From: Octopus bimaculoides
Taxonomy: Eukaryota
Assembly: GCF_001194135.2 (NCBI RefSeq)
Contig: NC_068982.1
Span: 36,410,597 to 36,474,596, forward strand
Direction: 5' to 3'
DNA length: 64,000 nt
Below are positions 39,462 through 52,472 of this stretch, one piece after another. Numbering within the stretch: the stretch's first letter is position 1; every line of letters begins with the position of its first letter. The position numbers and the translations under genes were made by a program. The notes beneath the pieces were generated by a model. That model made no database searches. It was not told where the DNA came from and saw only the letters and a list, made by a program, of their open reading frames with translations.

Positions 39462-40313
39462 TTGTGCTGAATCAATAGTTTTGCAATATTTTGGTAACTT
39501 CAAGTTACAACAAAAGCAACCAAGCATTCAAAGTAGAGGCCATTATGTTGCACTGTTGGAAGCCACCTTCTGCCAGTTCTTTGATCCCACACTGATATCA
39601 GTTCTTGCCCTTCATTGAAGCTTTCACCTCCTCTTGGTTGGTGAAGTGTTGTGAGTGCAGGAAGTGAGCCATAGATCAGAACAAGTAATCTGAAGGAGCA
39701 GGTCTGGACTGTATGCTGGGTGTAGCATCAATTCAATTCCTTGAAATTTCTGGAGTTTATTTTGGGTTGCTTGAGTGGTAGGAGGTCTTGTATTGTCATG
39801 CTGCAGTAGAGCTTGCTTTCTGTTAACCAATGCCAGATGTTTTTGCTGCACAATGGTATATACCTGCTGCAGCTGTTTGGAGTACAGATTGGTATTAATG
39901 GTTTGCCTGTCTGGAATGAACTCATAGTGAATTATCCCCTCATTAATTCCACCAGATGCAGAGCTTCACCCTGTATTTGAAATACCCAGGTTTGGTGATA
40001 GGTTCTGGAAGCTATCCCTTGCTTAACCACAGCATATGCATGTTAAGATTGCAGAAAATTATCCCCTTCAGATTATTACTTGTTCTGATCCATGGCTCAC
40101 TTTTTCATTAGCCAAGAGTAGGTGGAAACTTCAGTGAAGGAGTTCTTCGCCTAGAAGGGCAAGAACTGGTATCAGCAAGGGGTCAAAGAACTGGCAGAAA
40201 GATGACTTCAATAGTGCAACATGATGGCCTCACCTTTGACTTCTAGACTGCTTTTGTTGTAACTTGAATAAAGCAAATAACCAAAGTATTGCAAAACTTT
40301 TGACTCAACACAA
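39462..40313. mobile_element. Mariner-derived fold-back element (transposase 3' end duplicated in inverted orientation)
   Basis: Inverted arms about 39462-39700 and 40065-40313, TA at both ends; minus-strand LLQHDNTRP...HPAYSPDL motif. Confidence 0.85.
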
Positions 40314-41476
40314 TAATAACCAATGAAATATAAAATAAAATTTCAAGAAGTTGAAACTATTAAACAGTAACTTAGATTTAATAAATGGCATTAAAATAAC
40401 TTGGAAATCATTAAAATTAAATATATGTATATATTACATTTTGTATATAAAATTGCTTTCAGCCTTAAAAATTAGATAATAAATGCTGAGAATGAAGAAC
40501 AAATTTGCCATCTAATTATATTTAAATACATGTCATGACGAAGATAATTTGGTGCCACTCATGACATTTTCCTATGGAGAATGTCAGAAAAAAAAGTCAA
40601 AGATGTTAGGAAAAGACGATATCAGACTGTCGTACATTGAAATATTTTACAACCAATCAATAAGAAGCAATGATAATAATAATAATAATGATATTATTTT
40701 TTTAAATCAGTAGAAATAGATATAAAAAAAGATTTCATTTGAACATTGCACAATTGAAAATGTAATAATAGCATTTATATGAAAATTTGATCCTTACTAA
40801 TTACTAAATGACTGGGTAGTTTACATGAATTTCAAGCAATTATTAACACAGTTTACATAGAATAGTAAATTTAAAGTTGCATCATTGAATAGTTGTTCAA
40901 AATTTGGTACGTCTCTCCTATGAGAAAAATATCTCGGTCTGTAATGAAGGTAATATCAGTGAATCAGACAGTTGGAAATAATATTACAGTGTGGTACCAA
41001 ACAAAATAAGGAGTGGTTGTGTTTTATTGATAGGTTGTTGTCATTGTTAGCACCAAGGCAGTCCTGATTAACTAGATTTATAGTCAAAGGTGTTCAGGCC
41101 TTGTGCATCTCATCCTTTTTTTAAACATTCAATATTAGGACTACATTATTCTAGATGGTAGAGTGTAATTTGAAGAAAATTTTGCTGCTATTTTAGCATG
41201 TCAAACTATCTGTAGAGGCTCCCTTGCAGTCTCATTATTGTTGTTTAGTCCCAGGTCAGCCCTAATTCAGCAGACTGGAATGATCAAAGGCATTCCAGTC
41301 TTGACCATCCAGGCTTTTTAGAATTATTTAGGATTATGTTGTTTAATGTCTCTTGAGATGATAAGAATGTGATCTGAGGGAATCTGGCTATTATTTTCAG
41401 TGCTGTGAACAAAGAGATAGAGGCTTTCTCATTGGCTATGTATGGTGTATTTCATCATTGTGTGGTATGACATCAG

Positions 41477-42665
41477 TGTCTGGGGAGGCTGACCGGAAGG
41501 GCGAGTTGACCGGAAGAGGAAAAAGGGCAGAGGGAGCCTCGATCGGGGTCACGGACAGGACAAGACGTGTCTAGTGACGGTCTAGGTTTGGGAGAAGCAG
41601 CTGCTATTCCTGGTGTTCTTTGGGTCGGGGCAAGCTTCAAGAATTGGATACTGCAAGACAGACTCGCAGTCGACGAAAGAAAAACCGAGGTAAGGCGATT
41701 ACATCTACTCGTACGCACAGACCACAAGCTATTTCGGCGACATTGATGTGGTTGAAGNNNNNNNNNNNNNNNNNNNNNNNNNNNNNNNNNNNNNNNNNNN
41801 NNNNNNNNNNNNNNNNNNNNNNNNNNNNNNNNNNNNNNNNNNNNNNNNNNNNNNNNNNNNNNNNNNNNNNNNNNNNNNNNNNNNNNNNNNNNNNNNNNNN
41901 NNNNNNNNNNNNNNNNNNNNNNNNNNNNNNNNNNNNNNNNNNNNNNNNNNNNNNNNNNNNNNNNNNNNNNNNNNNNNNNNNNNNNNNNNNNNNNNNNNNN
42001 NNNNNNNNNNNNNNNNNNNNNNNNNNNNNNNNNNNNNNNNNNNNNNNNNNNNNNNNNNNNNNNNNNNNNNNNNNNNNNNNNNNNNNNNNNNNNNNNNNNN
42101 NNNNNNNNNNNNNNNNNNNNNNNNNNNNNNNNNNNNNNNNNNNNNNNNNNNNNNNNNNNNNNNNNNNNNNNNNNNNNNNNNNNNNNNNNNNNNNNNNNNN
42201 NNNNNNNNNNNNNNNNNNNNNNNNNNNNNNNNNNNNNNNNNNNNNNNNNNNNNNNNNNNNNNNNNNNNNNNNNNNNNNNNNNNNNNNNNNNNNNNNNNNN
42301 NNNNNNNNNNNNNNNNNNNNNNNNNNNNNNNNNCCGGCCCTTGTACCGCACCAGCTGGTATCGCCACAGCTTGTCACTCACACGGAGCTGCAAATATGCC
42401 GACTTCAAGACGACGATTGTCGCTGCCCCAGTCGACTGTCTCCACACACGTAACGTCTCACCGCAAATGTCCATTGCCTCGCCTCCCGTGTGGCACGATA
42501 TATGGTCGTTCAGCTCCCTAAAGTCCAGCACCGGTCTGACTTTTCCTTTCGTCGGCTGCACCACCGCCATCAGAGGCAGCATTCCACTCACCACCTCCTC
42601 TTTCCACGGGACAAGGACTCCTTCCTTGATCCATCTCTCTACCTCCTCGTCGAAGGCTTTTGAAC
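41477..42665 (-). mobile_element. GC-rich LTR-retrotransposon pol fragment (RT, and probably the start of RNase H) spanning an N gap
   Basis: FDEEVERWIKEGVLVPW...LPLMAVVQPTKGKVRPVLDFRELN...IVVLKSAYLQLRV...YQLVRYKGR; after the gap FNHINVAE; sharply higher GC than the flanks. Confidence 0.8.
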
Positions 42666-44356
42666 TGGATGGAAACCAGATATAAACAGAAAATAAATGA
42701 AATATTTTAGTTTTGAGTTGAACTTTTCTACTAGTGTCCACCATATGTTTAATACATTACTCAATTGATTTAGCATTTTTATTGTTTTAGTAACTTGATC
42801 ATAGTGTTGCAAGGAGGCTAAATGAGAGATCCAGTAGTTCACTGTTCTGGAGTTGAAATTTCAAGTTGACTCAGGCCACCTCCTCCACTTATATAACTGA
42901 TGAAGAAATAAAAATTTAATCAATCTTGTCTGGATTTATGGATTGTATCAAAACAACGAAAATGTATTTATTTATTGTAAATATTGGTATGGCTTATATA
43001 GAGAAGAAAGGATAACACCTATGTCCCTTATAGGGCCACCTGAGAAACATGATAAGAATGGGTAGGGTATGAAATTATGATGCACAAGTTGCTGCAGGAG
43101 AAAGCCACACATACACCAGAGATCTAGTCTGAATGTTTGCAAAAGACTCTGCTAAAGGTAGTCAAAGCCTAAATAGAGGTGAATGATTTACTTTCCAGGT
43201 TAAGAGTACTTTTGATTAGAGATATACAAAAATAATCAGGTATGAAAATAAAATAATTAACACATTCTAATGATGTTCATTTTTCCTTATGCTTTATGGC
43301 TACTTTGGTATAAATCAAATGATTCAACTCTCGTAAAACAAAAAAATGTTTATCATTATTTGTTAATAAGTTTCTGTTCTTTAGGTTACAAACATGCATT
43401 GTTTTTATTGATTTCACAATGAAAATCAGATTAAACTCCTTGCATATATAAGCTTTTCAACTTACTTTTAAAATTTGCTATAATGGAATACTGAAATCTA
43501 ACTGAAACTAGTTAAATACTTAATGAAATTCTACTAAAAATCTCTCATTGTTTTATTGTAGTATATTGAATAAATAGCTTTCATCTTCTAATGCTGACAA
43601 GAGTTTTTGAGCTCTATTAAAAGGAATTACAGCTGGTTGTCTTTTGTGAAGTATTTATTTCTTTTGTAGCGGTCTCATTTTATGTACTATTACTGACATG
43701 TGACATTGCCCAGTTATTTTGTATTAAGATAACAGCAAATGTCATTAAAATGAATGGTATTTTAATTATTTTTGGTATCAATTCTACTGTTTTTCTCAAG
43801 CTCTTTTATTAACTGTTTCTTTTATCTTAACTCTTTATAGTTGACCCTTGCATGACTGCTAGCAGTTTCTAAAAATGTTGACACTTTATCATAAAAGTTG
43901 ACATTTCTCTATTATAGAGAAAAATCAATAACATACACAGCTTTGTAGTTCACATAAGTTGGAACTAATTCAAAAAAAAAAAAAAAAATAACAGTGTATT
44001 TTATTTTCATTTATATTTTTGAAGTTTATTAGTTATAAGTAAGACAGCATCAATGATCTTTGTAAGCCATCCCAGAATGTGGTTCCTGTTCAGTTTAGAC
44101 TTTGATAAGTTGAACTTTGATACATTTAGAAGAAACATGGGTGTCAGGGATTCCAGTTTGAGGGAAATGATTGCATTAATGAAATAACTGAAGGTGTAAC
44201 AGAGATGAGACACAGCAAGGGTCATAAAAAGAGGAGAAACAGGTGCATCAGGTAGGCTTGGATGGAAGTGGTATGCAGAGTTTTGCTTCAGATCAGAAGC
44301 AGAGCCATTGTAATGTACTGGAAATGACAGATAAAAATCTAAGAATCAAAACTTAC

Positions 44357-44536
44357 TTTAAAGTGAAATTTACAATAGACAGCTTCATTGTTTTGGTTGA
44401 CCATCTTAAATGTATGACTTCCATAACCATTCATTCTGCGAAAGCCATCTGGTGTGCCACGATCAGAGAACAGAAAACATACTTGATGAGTAGTTTCAGG
44501 CCGCAGAGTAATGAAGTCCCAAAACATATCTGGATC
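44357..44536 (-). CDS. CAT: Catalase exon: [60 protein letters not shown]
   Basis: 180 nt; poly-T acceptor ending taag, donor gtaagt; overlaps ORF 44339..44527. Confidence 0.97.
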
Positions 44537-44945
44537 CTTAAAAAAAAAAAAGAAAATATTTCAGTTTACAAAAATAATTTACCAGAGAGAAAAGTGTTTT
44601 ATTGAAGGCAACATTTTAATTTTGATGATGTCTAAGCATCAATCTTGATATATTATGAAACTTTGTAAAGTTAGAGAGGGGTATGAATTGGAATTCAGAA
44701 TGCAAATAACTGGAACAGATACTGCGTAACATCTTGTCAGATGTTCAAAGAGTACCACCAACCCATAGCCCTGGACTAATATTTTATTTATCAATTATTA
44801 AAAGAAAGGGCAGAGTTGACTACAGCAAGATTTGAAATTAAAGCTCAGAGACCTTGAACAAATGCTGCAATGTTCTAACACTTCTGGCAGTATGTCTCTT
44901 TCTCTTGTTGAAATCAGTGGGTATGAATTTATGATCAACACTTAC

Positions 44946-44996
44946 CTTACAATGTGTTTTTGGGTTTCTTTTCTGTGTGTGTATAAAACTGGGGAA
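44946..44996 (-). CDS. CAT: Catalase exon: FPSFIHTQKRNPKTHCK
   Basis: 51 nt; acceptor tttttttcag, donor gtaag; phase 0-0. Confidence 0.95.
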
Positions 44997-45039
44997 CTGA
45001 AAAAAATGAAATAAAAATAAAATAATAATAACAATAATA

Positions 45040-45187
45040 CATTATTTACATTTGATGGATATTTGTCCTCATCTTCTTTGTTGTTAACACAGTGTTTCGG
45101 CTGATATACCCTCCAGCTTTCATCAGGTGTCTTGGGGGAAATTTTGAACCCGGGTTCTCATTCCTAAGGTATTTTTTGATGTTGTTG

Positions 45188-45223
<36 letters not shown>

Positions 45224-45228
45224 TCAGT
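45040..45228 (-). mobile_element. Third copy (single arm) of the hammerhead-bearing SINE-like family
   Basis: Minus strand tgacctga(ata)n...aataccttaggaatgagaacc...gacacCTGATGAaagctggagggtatatcagccGAAAcactgtgtt. Confidence 0.88.
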
Positions 45229-45793
45229 CAGGGAAGTCAATTACATCATCACCAGTGCTAGGGTGCTACCCTATATTATCAACCCCCAAAGGACAGAAGG
45301 CGAAGCTGACCGTAGCAGGATTCAAGCTCAGTATTCAAGGAGTGATAAGGTGTAAGTCAGCCTGGCAGAGCCCTTTCTTGTCAGATTATTTATTGGCTAC
45401 TGTCAGAAATTGCAGATATGATGATTGAGTAAAATGAAATAGGCCAACTGGAAATGACACTTGCATTGAAAACTTGGCAGACATAGCAGGCTTGACTTGC
45501 TGAGCACTTATGATAACAGCATAGAAACAGTATTAGCATACATTTGATTTTATTTCACATCTAACTTAATTCACTTCTATGTTTAGAATGATTGAATAAA
45601 TAATATAGCCAACGTAGTATAGCTAATTTTAGGCAATAAATTTGGGTGCTCAGTGAGGACTTTGATTTGAAACAGAGTGAGATCATAAATTATGACTCAA
45701 CAGAGATAATAGATTCATTTTTAAAAAGGGATATTAAAAATGAGCAACACTGAAATTAATAAAATGGTTCTGAAAATCCATAGATATTTTTTA

Positions 45794-45946
<153 letters not shown>

Positions 45947-46420
45947 TTAAGAATAAATAATTTTTATTACAAAGAAATTAAACACTATTTTCTTTTCTAT
46001 ATGCAACCAGAGCTGTGGATCAGTATTTCCTGCAGTGTGGAACTCACAGCAGGGACTCCAAGAAAAATTTTGCTAGGTGGTATGAAGAGGCTGCTTTTCA
46101 GCCCCAGCTGGTGGGGCTCTCACATCCTGTCAGAAAATGATAGTATCCCTTCTCGGATCCATAGGCCCTGAACCAATGTACTGATTAAGCTCACCTCTCA
46201 TAGGTTGTGACAGTGAAGATCAAAAAAGGGCAGACACTGTTTAAAAAAATTAAGATAGTTTCAAACATTTTAAGCCATATGATGAAGGAAGAAGAATTAT
46301 AAGGACACAAACACTATTTTATCTTCTCATAAAGAAGGGAAGAAATATAACTATTTTGGGGTGCGGAGTGGGGATGCACTAGAATTTGTAAGTTTCAAAG
46401 TCATTGCTGTATCAAACAAC

Positions 46421-47031
46421 GGGCCTTTGGGGTTTGACGGGCAACATTTGTTTTCTTAACGAAATACTTTCAAACTTGGGATACTGGTAGAATGTGTCAT
46501 ATAAAACAACTTCTCTTAACCTTCTTAACAAAAAATTGTACATCGCAAGTTATTTTATGTTAAAGTTGTCGTATTTCTGTAATTTCAACCAATCACTGAC
46601 GTCTATTCAGCTGAATACACTTACTGCTGTTCGGTGTCAAGTGTGTTATTCCCTGTTTAATTATATCATTATTCCCTAGTAAGGGTTTAGGGTTTTAGGG
46701 TTAGGGTTCAGGTTTTAGGGTTAGGGTTTTAGGGTTAGAGTTGGGGTTAGGGTTAGGGTTAGGGTTGTAGTTGTTGACAAACAACGGGACTAATTTTATT
46801 CAAGGGAAAAGATCCCATGACACCGTTACGGCATTAATTGTTTTCACCTCAATAGACGTCAGTGATTGGTTGAAATTACCGAAATACGACAATTTTTTAC
46901 ATAAAATAACTTTGAATACAAAATTTTTTATGTGTTCTATACCACAAAATATACAAATATTCGAAGTTTGAAAGTGTTTCGGTACCAAAAACACTACAAA
47001 AAAATTGTTGCCCGTCAAACCCCAAAGATCC
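46421..47031. mobile_element. MITE with long imperfect TIRs, 8-bp TSD and a central telomere-like TTAGGG array (Merlin-like by its ends)
   Basis: TIR gggcctttggggtttgacgggcaaca / tgttgcccgtcaaaccccaaagatcc; TSD caaacaac (46413-46420 / 47032-47039); inner IR ttcaaccaatcactgacgtctatt / aatagacgtcagtgattggttgaa. Confidence 0.8.
46681..46766 (+). repeat. Interstitial telomere-like (T2-4AGGG)n array
   Basis: gggtttagggttttagggttaggg...ggggttagggttagggttaggg. Confidence 0.92.
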
Positions 47032-48694
47032 CAAACAACAAAAGAATCATCATTTGTTGTTCTGTTACTGACATCAAACTTTATCTCAACTTTTAATGGC
47101 TCGATTGACCTAACTGAAAACTGATAAAAAAGAATTATATAATCTGCTATTGTAAGAACAGCAAAAATTTAAAAGTGTCTTATGTTTCCTTGGTTTGCAT
47201 TACTTAGTTCAATTCTTCCTATAGGTACAGCATAATCACAGAGCTCTAGGTTTGATTCCCTAATTTATGGGATTTTGGGAAGTTTTATTCAACCATAACC
47301 TTTAATTGGCCAAAACTTGTAAATGCACAGTTTCCACTACTAAAACAATGAAACCCAACATTTTATTTTGCCATACTTATAGGAAGAATTGCTTGCATGC
47401 ATACATTTTTCCATACCTATAGGAAGAATTGCATGCATGTATGTATGTATGTTCTCTCCTATTTTTATTTATTTGAAGTCTTTCTGTGAGGAAGGTGCTG
47501 ATGTTTAACAAAGATACAAAACTCCATCATTGAAATGCAGATAACAAAAACAATGTCATATTTTGAATTTGGGAAAAGTCTTGCCTAATTTTACTATTTT
47601 GCTTATAGGTTATATTTGTAATGTGTGTGTTAGCTGGTTGGTTTCTTTTTCTGCAAACCCTAGTTTTTCAGATTGTCACTTAGGCTTTTACCAACAAAAC
47701 CAAATGCACCAATTACCATTGGTATAAATGTGGATTTATAACCTGAAGGTTTCGAAGCAGTCATCTATAGTTACCCTCTCTCTCTCTCTCTCTGTTTGGT
47801 TTTTTTGCCATTTCATATAAGTAAGGATATAAAAATCAGTGAGACAACTAACTAAAAAAGTGATGCTTTATGACTGAAGCCTCTTGCATTGGCTTAAACA
47901 CTTCTTTGTCACTCCTGCTATCAGAAAGGCAGTGAACTTGTGATTGGCCCATTGGAAATCTATAATACTATTATTGGTAAGTTATGATTAAATAATATAA
48001 TGTATACCATAGCTTCATACTTTCCCACATGAACATAGAAGTTTTGAGTTGTGTTTTTCTTTTATGCAAACTGTGTTATTATTACAAATAAATACTCACT
48101 ACTTATGTTGTTTATATTATTTAAATACATGTAACCATTTATATTTGTAATGTTTTTTTATCATGCTAACAATATCAAAGCTAACTGCATAGATTCATTA
48201 AATTTTTCAAGTTTAGAGCAGGAAACAAGATTGAAGATTTTGAGTAATTTAAATTATTTCAATCTAGGTATTATTACATTTATATATTTCACATCTACTA
48301 TTGATAGTAACAGAGTGTATAATTAGAGAACTCATGAGTATTGCCAGTGGCCATAACCTTTTAGCATTTAAACCAGTCATATCTGGCCCAAATGTTCTGT
48401 TTTATGTTCAAACTGACCAGATCTGGCCTCCAAACCTACCCTGCAATGTCAATCTACATCATTAAAATCACAAAGCTAGGAGATAATACATGATTAATTC
48501 AACACAATGTAAATAAATAAGCGTTGCATTTGACAGAGTAATCTGTGTGCTAAAGGGTTGAATTTAAAAAGGTTGTATAACAATATTACAATAAAAATTA
48601 ATATTGAAACATTTTCTTAACTGAAAAATGACAAGATAAAGTCCTGAATAATCATAGCAAAATGACAGCAGAAAATATACTTAGTTTTATTTAC

Positions 48695-48805
48695 CTACTG
48701 TTGAAAACCGTATTCCAACTTTTGTTCTTTTACCAATTGTCTGAAAAGGAGCTGCTTTGCAATATTTCCTAATATCATGAGTAGTTTCAAAGTAACCAAA
48801 AGCTC
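48695..48805 (-). CDS. CAT: Catalase exon: (G)[37 protein letters not shown]
   Basis: 111 nt; acceptor ttttgcag, donor gtaaat; phase 1-1. Confidence 0.97.
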   Translation of the reverse strand, partial: ELLVTLKLLMILGNIAKQLLFRQLVKEQKLEYGFQQ

Positions 48806-49039
48806 CTGCAAAAATAAAAGAAAAACAATTCCATTATATAAATATGTATCTGGTTCACAAATAACTGTTTCTGAAATGGTAGTGAATAAAATGGAAGTAA
48901 ATGTTTATTGTTTTGTTTTTGATAAAGAAAATCTTGCATATGAAACAGTCTTGGTTAGAATTTTTCTTCTAAATAGTTGTCTCTCACTAAATTTATAATC
49001 GACATGAATTTGTGCCCTCTGATTGTCCATCTTCTATTA

Positions 49040-49260
49040 AAGGGAAGGACACTAGAGCAGAGTCCTTAGGCACCTCCTCCAGAGGATCCTATCAGAAGCA
49101 ACCCTCATTATACAATCTGGCAGGGCTCCCAAGCATGGCCAACCAAGACTATGGATATTATCCAAATATCTTGATCTTAGCCTGCCACTAGGACAGCTAC
49201 CAGCAGGTTTGGCTTGAAGAATCCATCTTGTTATTCTTTCCTGCAACATTCTAAAACATA
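49040..49260 (-). mobile_element. RTE-type LINE C-terminal remnant
   Basis: ITRWILQAKPAGSCPSGRLRSRYLDNIHSLGWPCLG...VASDRILWRRCL resembles the RP.GRPR.RW...DR..WR tail. Confidence 0.65.
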
Positions 49261-49339
49261 CCTATCATACTGGAGCCGCAATCTCACAAGGCAGAGAAGT
49301 AGTGTCTCAACCTGGAGAATTTGTGGTAAACTATTGAAA

Positions 49340-49695
49340 TATAATGGTACTATAAGTTCATATTCAACTCTTTTCACTTAAGAGACACGTGAAATTTTAT
49401 TGATGAAGTCCACAGCCACTGGGCTCTAACTCCTACACAGATTAAAAATATATGCTGATGAAGAATCAAAAGGAATGGGACAACAAGTATGACTTGAAAT
49501 TAAGTAAATCAATTCCTTAGAATTGAAAACTTTTAGAGAAGAATTAATAAGCAACAAAGATAGCTGCAGACCCATCCAACCCACCAAAACAGGGTGAACT
49601 TTAAAGAGATTAAATATAAACACTGGCACTAAACAAAATGGGTTGATGTTAAATGTAGAAAATCTATTTAGCAACAAGGTTTATACAAAATCAGC
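49340..49695 (+). repeat. Diverged direct repeat, copy 1 (about 350 bp; copy 2 at about 52134-52472)
   Basis: Shared blocks gattaaaaatatatgctgatgaagaatca, gaagaattaataagcaacaaagatagctgcagacccatc, aatgtagaaaatctatttagcaacaag. Confidence 0.9.
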
Positions 49696-51220
49696 ACACT
49701 GCACAAATTGTTCATAATTGTTAGAGCTGTGATGTTGCTAATTGTGGTATATATATATATATATATATATATATAGCATATGGTATAATTATAAACAGGG
49801 CAAATTTTAGCCATTTCTCAACCTTAATCAATTTTTGAACCTTATTGGGTTCTCATCAGCAGTTCTACACCATTCTGACAGTCTCCAGAGAAACAAGCAG
49901 CCAAACTGTTTATATACTCAATAAATGCAGCAGTTACTCTATGAAGGAGTCCCTAATTTGCATACCAAAAGTGTTTAACACTCTATAAATACTAGTGGCC
50001 TGTCAATGGAGATATATATATATATATAAGGATGGGTGGATCTCTGTTGGTTTCAATGATAAGTATTTATTTGTTCAATCAACTGTTTTATAACACACAT
50101 AGTTAGTGTACATTTTCTAAAAACCAAGATATGTTATTCAGAAATCACATTAGTTCTATTTTAATCTAATTTTATATATTTCTTTATTTTGCCAAAGAGT
50201 TTGTTTAATATATATATATAAGAAACTGCACATTTATTGTCAGTTATCAAAATTAGGATAGAATTCCTCCAATTAGTATTCAATAAAAATAAAGAAATAA
50301 TTGATGAGTATAATGTAAAAACAAAATTAAATGTCTGAGCTTTGATTTGAACCCAGATTCATGAGTTTGGCAGTGCAATCTCTCATTAACCACACAAGAC
50401 AGTTCAAAAGTTGTTTTCAACACAGCACAGGAAATTTATTAGGCATTTCTCTTAAATTGTTATGATGTATTTGATATGACATAAAATATTTAGACAGTAG
50501 CAGAACAACAGTTTGTCAGCCTAAACTTTTACAAAATGTTTCTTTATACAAACAAATTACAATTTCAAATGCTTTGAGGTTAAGATGCTGTGTGCACCCC
50601 TTGATAGTGCAGCCATTATGTTGTACCTCTGCACAATGCACATATGCTGCTTAGCTCATTCTGACTAGCAATCAGATTCTACTCTGATAGAAAGGATAAT
50701 TGAAAGGCTAGTGGTAGGAAAGGAATTCTAACAAAGACAATTGCAACTTTGTAAAAAGTAATTGTAAAACTGGGAAAAAATTGTTTAAATAAATTTATTT
50801 AAAGGAAAAGGTTTTGTACGACTATATTTGATTTAGCTTATTGAGTGTGTGTGTGTGTGTGAGAGAGAAAGAGAGAGAGAGAGAGTATTGAGTGTTAAGT
50901 TGTTTTATTTGATAAAATTTCAGATAGTGTTGTTTGGAAGGGGTAAAATAACTAATGTTGCAATAGTTGAAAAGCATTGACCAAGTGAATATAGTATGAG
51001 ATACAAGTTCAAAGTTAATGGTCCTGAGTTCAGATCTACTGTAAACATTTTGTTGTATTTGAACAGCAAACTTAATTCTATAGGCCTTAGTTCTGTGAGC
51101 AGATGCCAGAGCTTTTGAAAATGTCACTTGAAATAGACCAATATTCTATCTCTTATTGCCTTGAAAATATAATTACAATAAAATATGTTATAATTGAAAT
51201 ATTATGGGTTTCTTACATAC

Positions 51221-51392
51221 CAGCTCCTTTTGCATGAACAACTCTTTCAGGAATTCTTTCTCTGTTGAAATGTGCCATTTCATCAGTAAACACAAAGTCT
51301 TGTAACAAAATTGGACCTCTTGGACCGACAGTCAAAGAAGCAGTTTTGTTCCCAACAGGAGCACCGGTGCCAGTTGTCATTGTTTCACTTCT
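51221..51392 (-). CDS. CAT: Catalase exon (equivalent to human exon 2): [58 protein letters not shown]
   Basis: 172 nt; acceptor gtttttag, donor gtatgt; contains the [15 protein letters not shown] active-site signature. Confidence 0.97.
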
Positions 51393-52133
51393 CTAAAAAC
51401 AATTGGGATTTATCAAATTCATATTGTTAGTTGGTACAAAAGAAGTTTATGTTTCATTGAGAGAATATTGAATCAAAATATTTACAAAATATTGCAATAC
51501 TACAACTTAATTAAGTGAAATAAAGATTTTATTTGTTAAATGTAACAAATCACTACTATATCTGATGGCATATAAGACTCACATATTTTCCAAAAGAATT
51601 GGCTCAAAAAGTCACCTTGGATCCTTTATGCAAAATAGGGCCTCCTGTAAGCTAATTTTGTCCCTGATGGATATTTTCACTATCATGATTTTTTGTTTTG
51701 TGTTCAGTTGTACTGCTAACTTACTTTTTATATATAGTAATCTTTTCTAATATAGCTAAGGTACTTTCATAATGTTTTGTAATGTACTGCTAAATTATTT
51801 TAAACATTACATGCTTTAATGCACTAAAAGCTTACTTTCCTGATTATGCGCTACTGAAAATTGGGGTGCTTCTAGTACACCCATGTGTCTTTTATGCCAT
51901 CAAATACAGTATGTTGCTAATGTTATCTTAGCTTAATATTATTTGCAATAGAATTAGAGAATTGATATAACAAAGAATAAACCAAAAACCAAAAGCAGGA
52001 AACAATTCTGAATATTCCAAATTCTAAATACACATGAAAAACTGTAATAATTTGTTAATTTTTAAAGGACTGCCCCACCACCAAAAAACAAAAACAAAAT
52101 ACTAACAACACTGCATGTGATAAATTATCGATA

Positions 52134-52472
52134 TATTATAGTGCTATAAGTTCATATTTAATTCCTTTTATTTAAGGGACATGTCAATATTTTATCACTG
52201 AAGTCCACAGTTACTATTCTTTAACTCCTACATCTTACGCAGATTAAAAATATATGCTGATGAAGAATCAGAAGGAATGGAACAAAAAGTAAAATGATTC
52301 CCTAAAAGTGAAAACTTTTATAGAAGAATTAATAAGCAACAAAGATAGCTGCAGACCCATCAAAGCAGGGGGGATTTCAAAGAGATGAAGAATAAACACT
52401 GGCACTGCAAATGGGTTGATGTTAAGTCAAAATGTAGAAAATCTATTTAGCAACAAGTTTTAGAAATTCAAC
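52134..52472 (+). repeat. Diverged direct repeat, copy 2
   Basis: Colinear with 49340-49695, with indels. Confidence 0.9.

Noticed and set aside
46681-46766. True telomere or chromosome fusion site
   Set aside because: It is short, variant, single-orientation and enclosed by MITE TIRs and a TSD.
47371-47440. Short tandem duplications (also 34137-34178)
   Set aside because: They are ordinary slippage duplications with no functional evidence.
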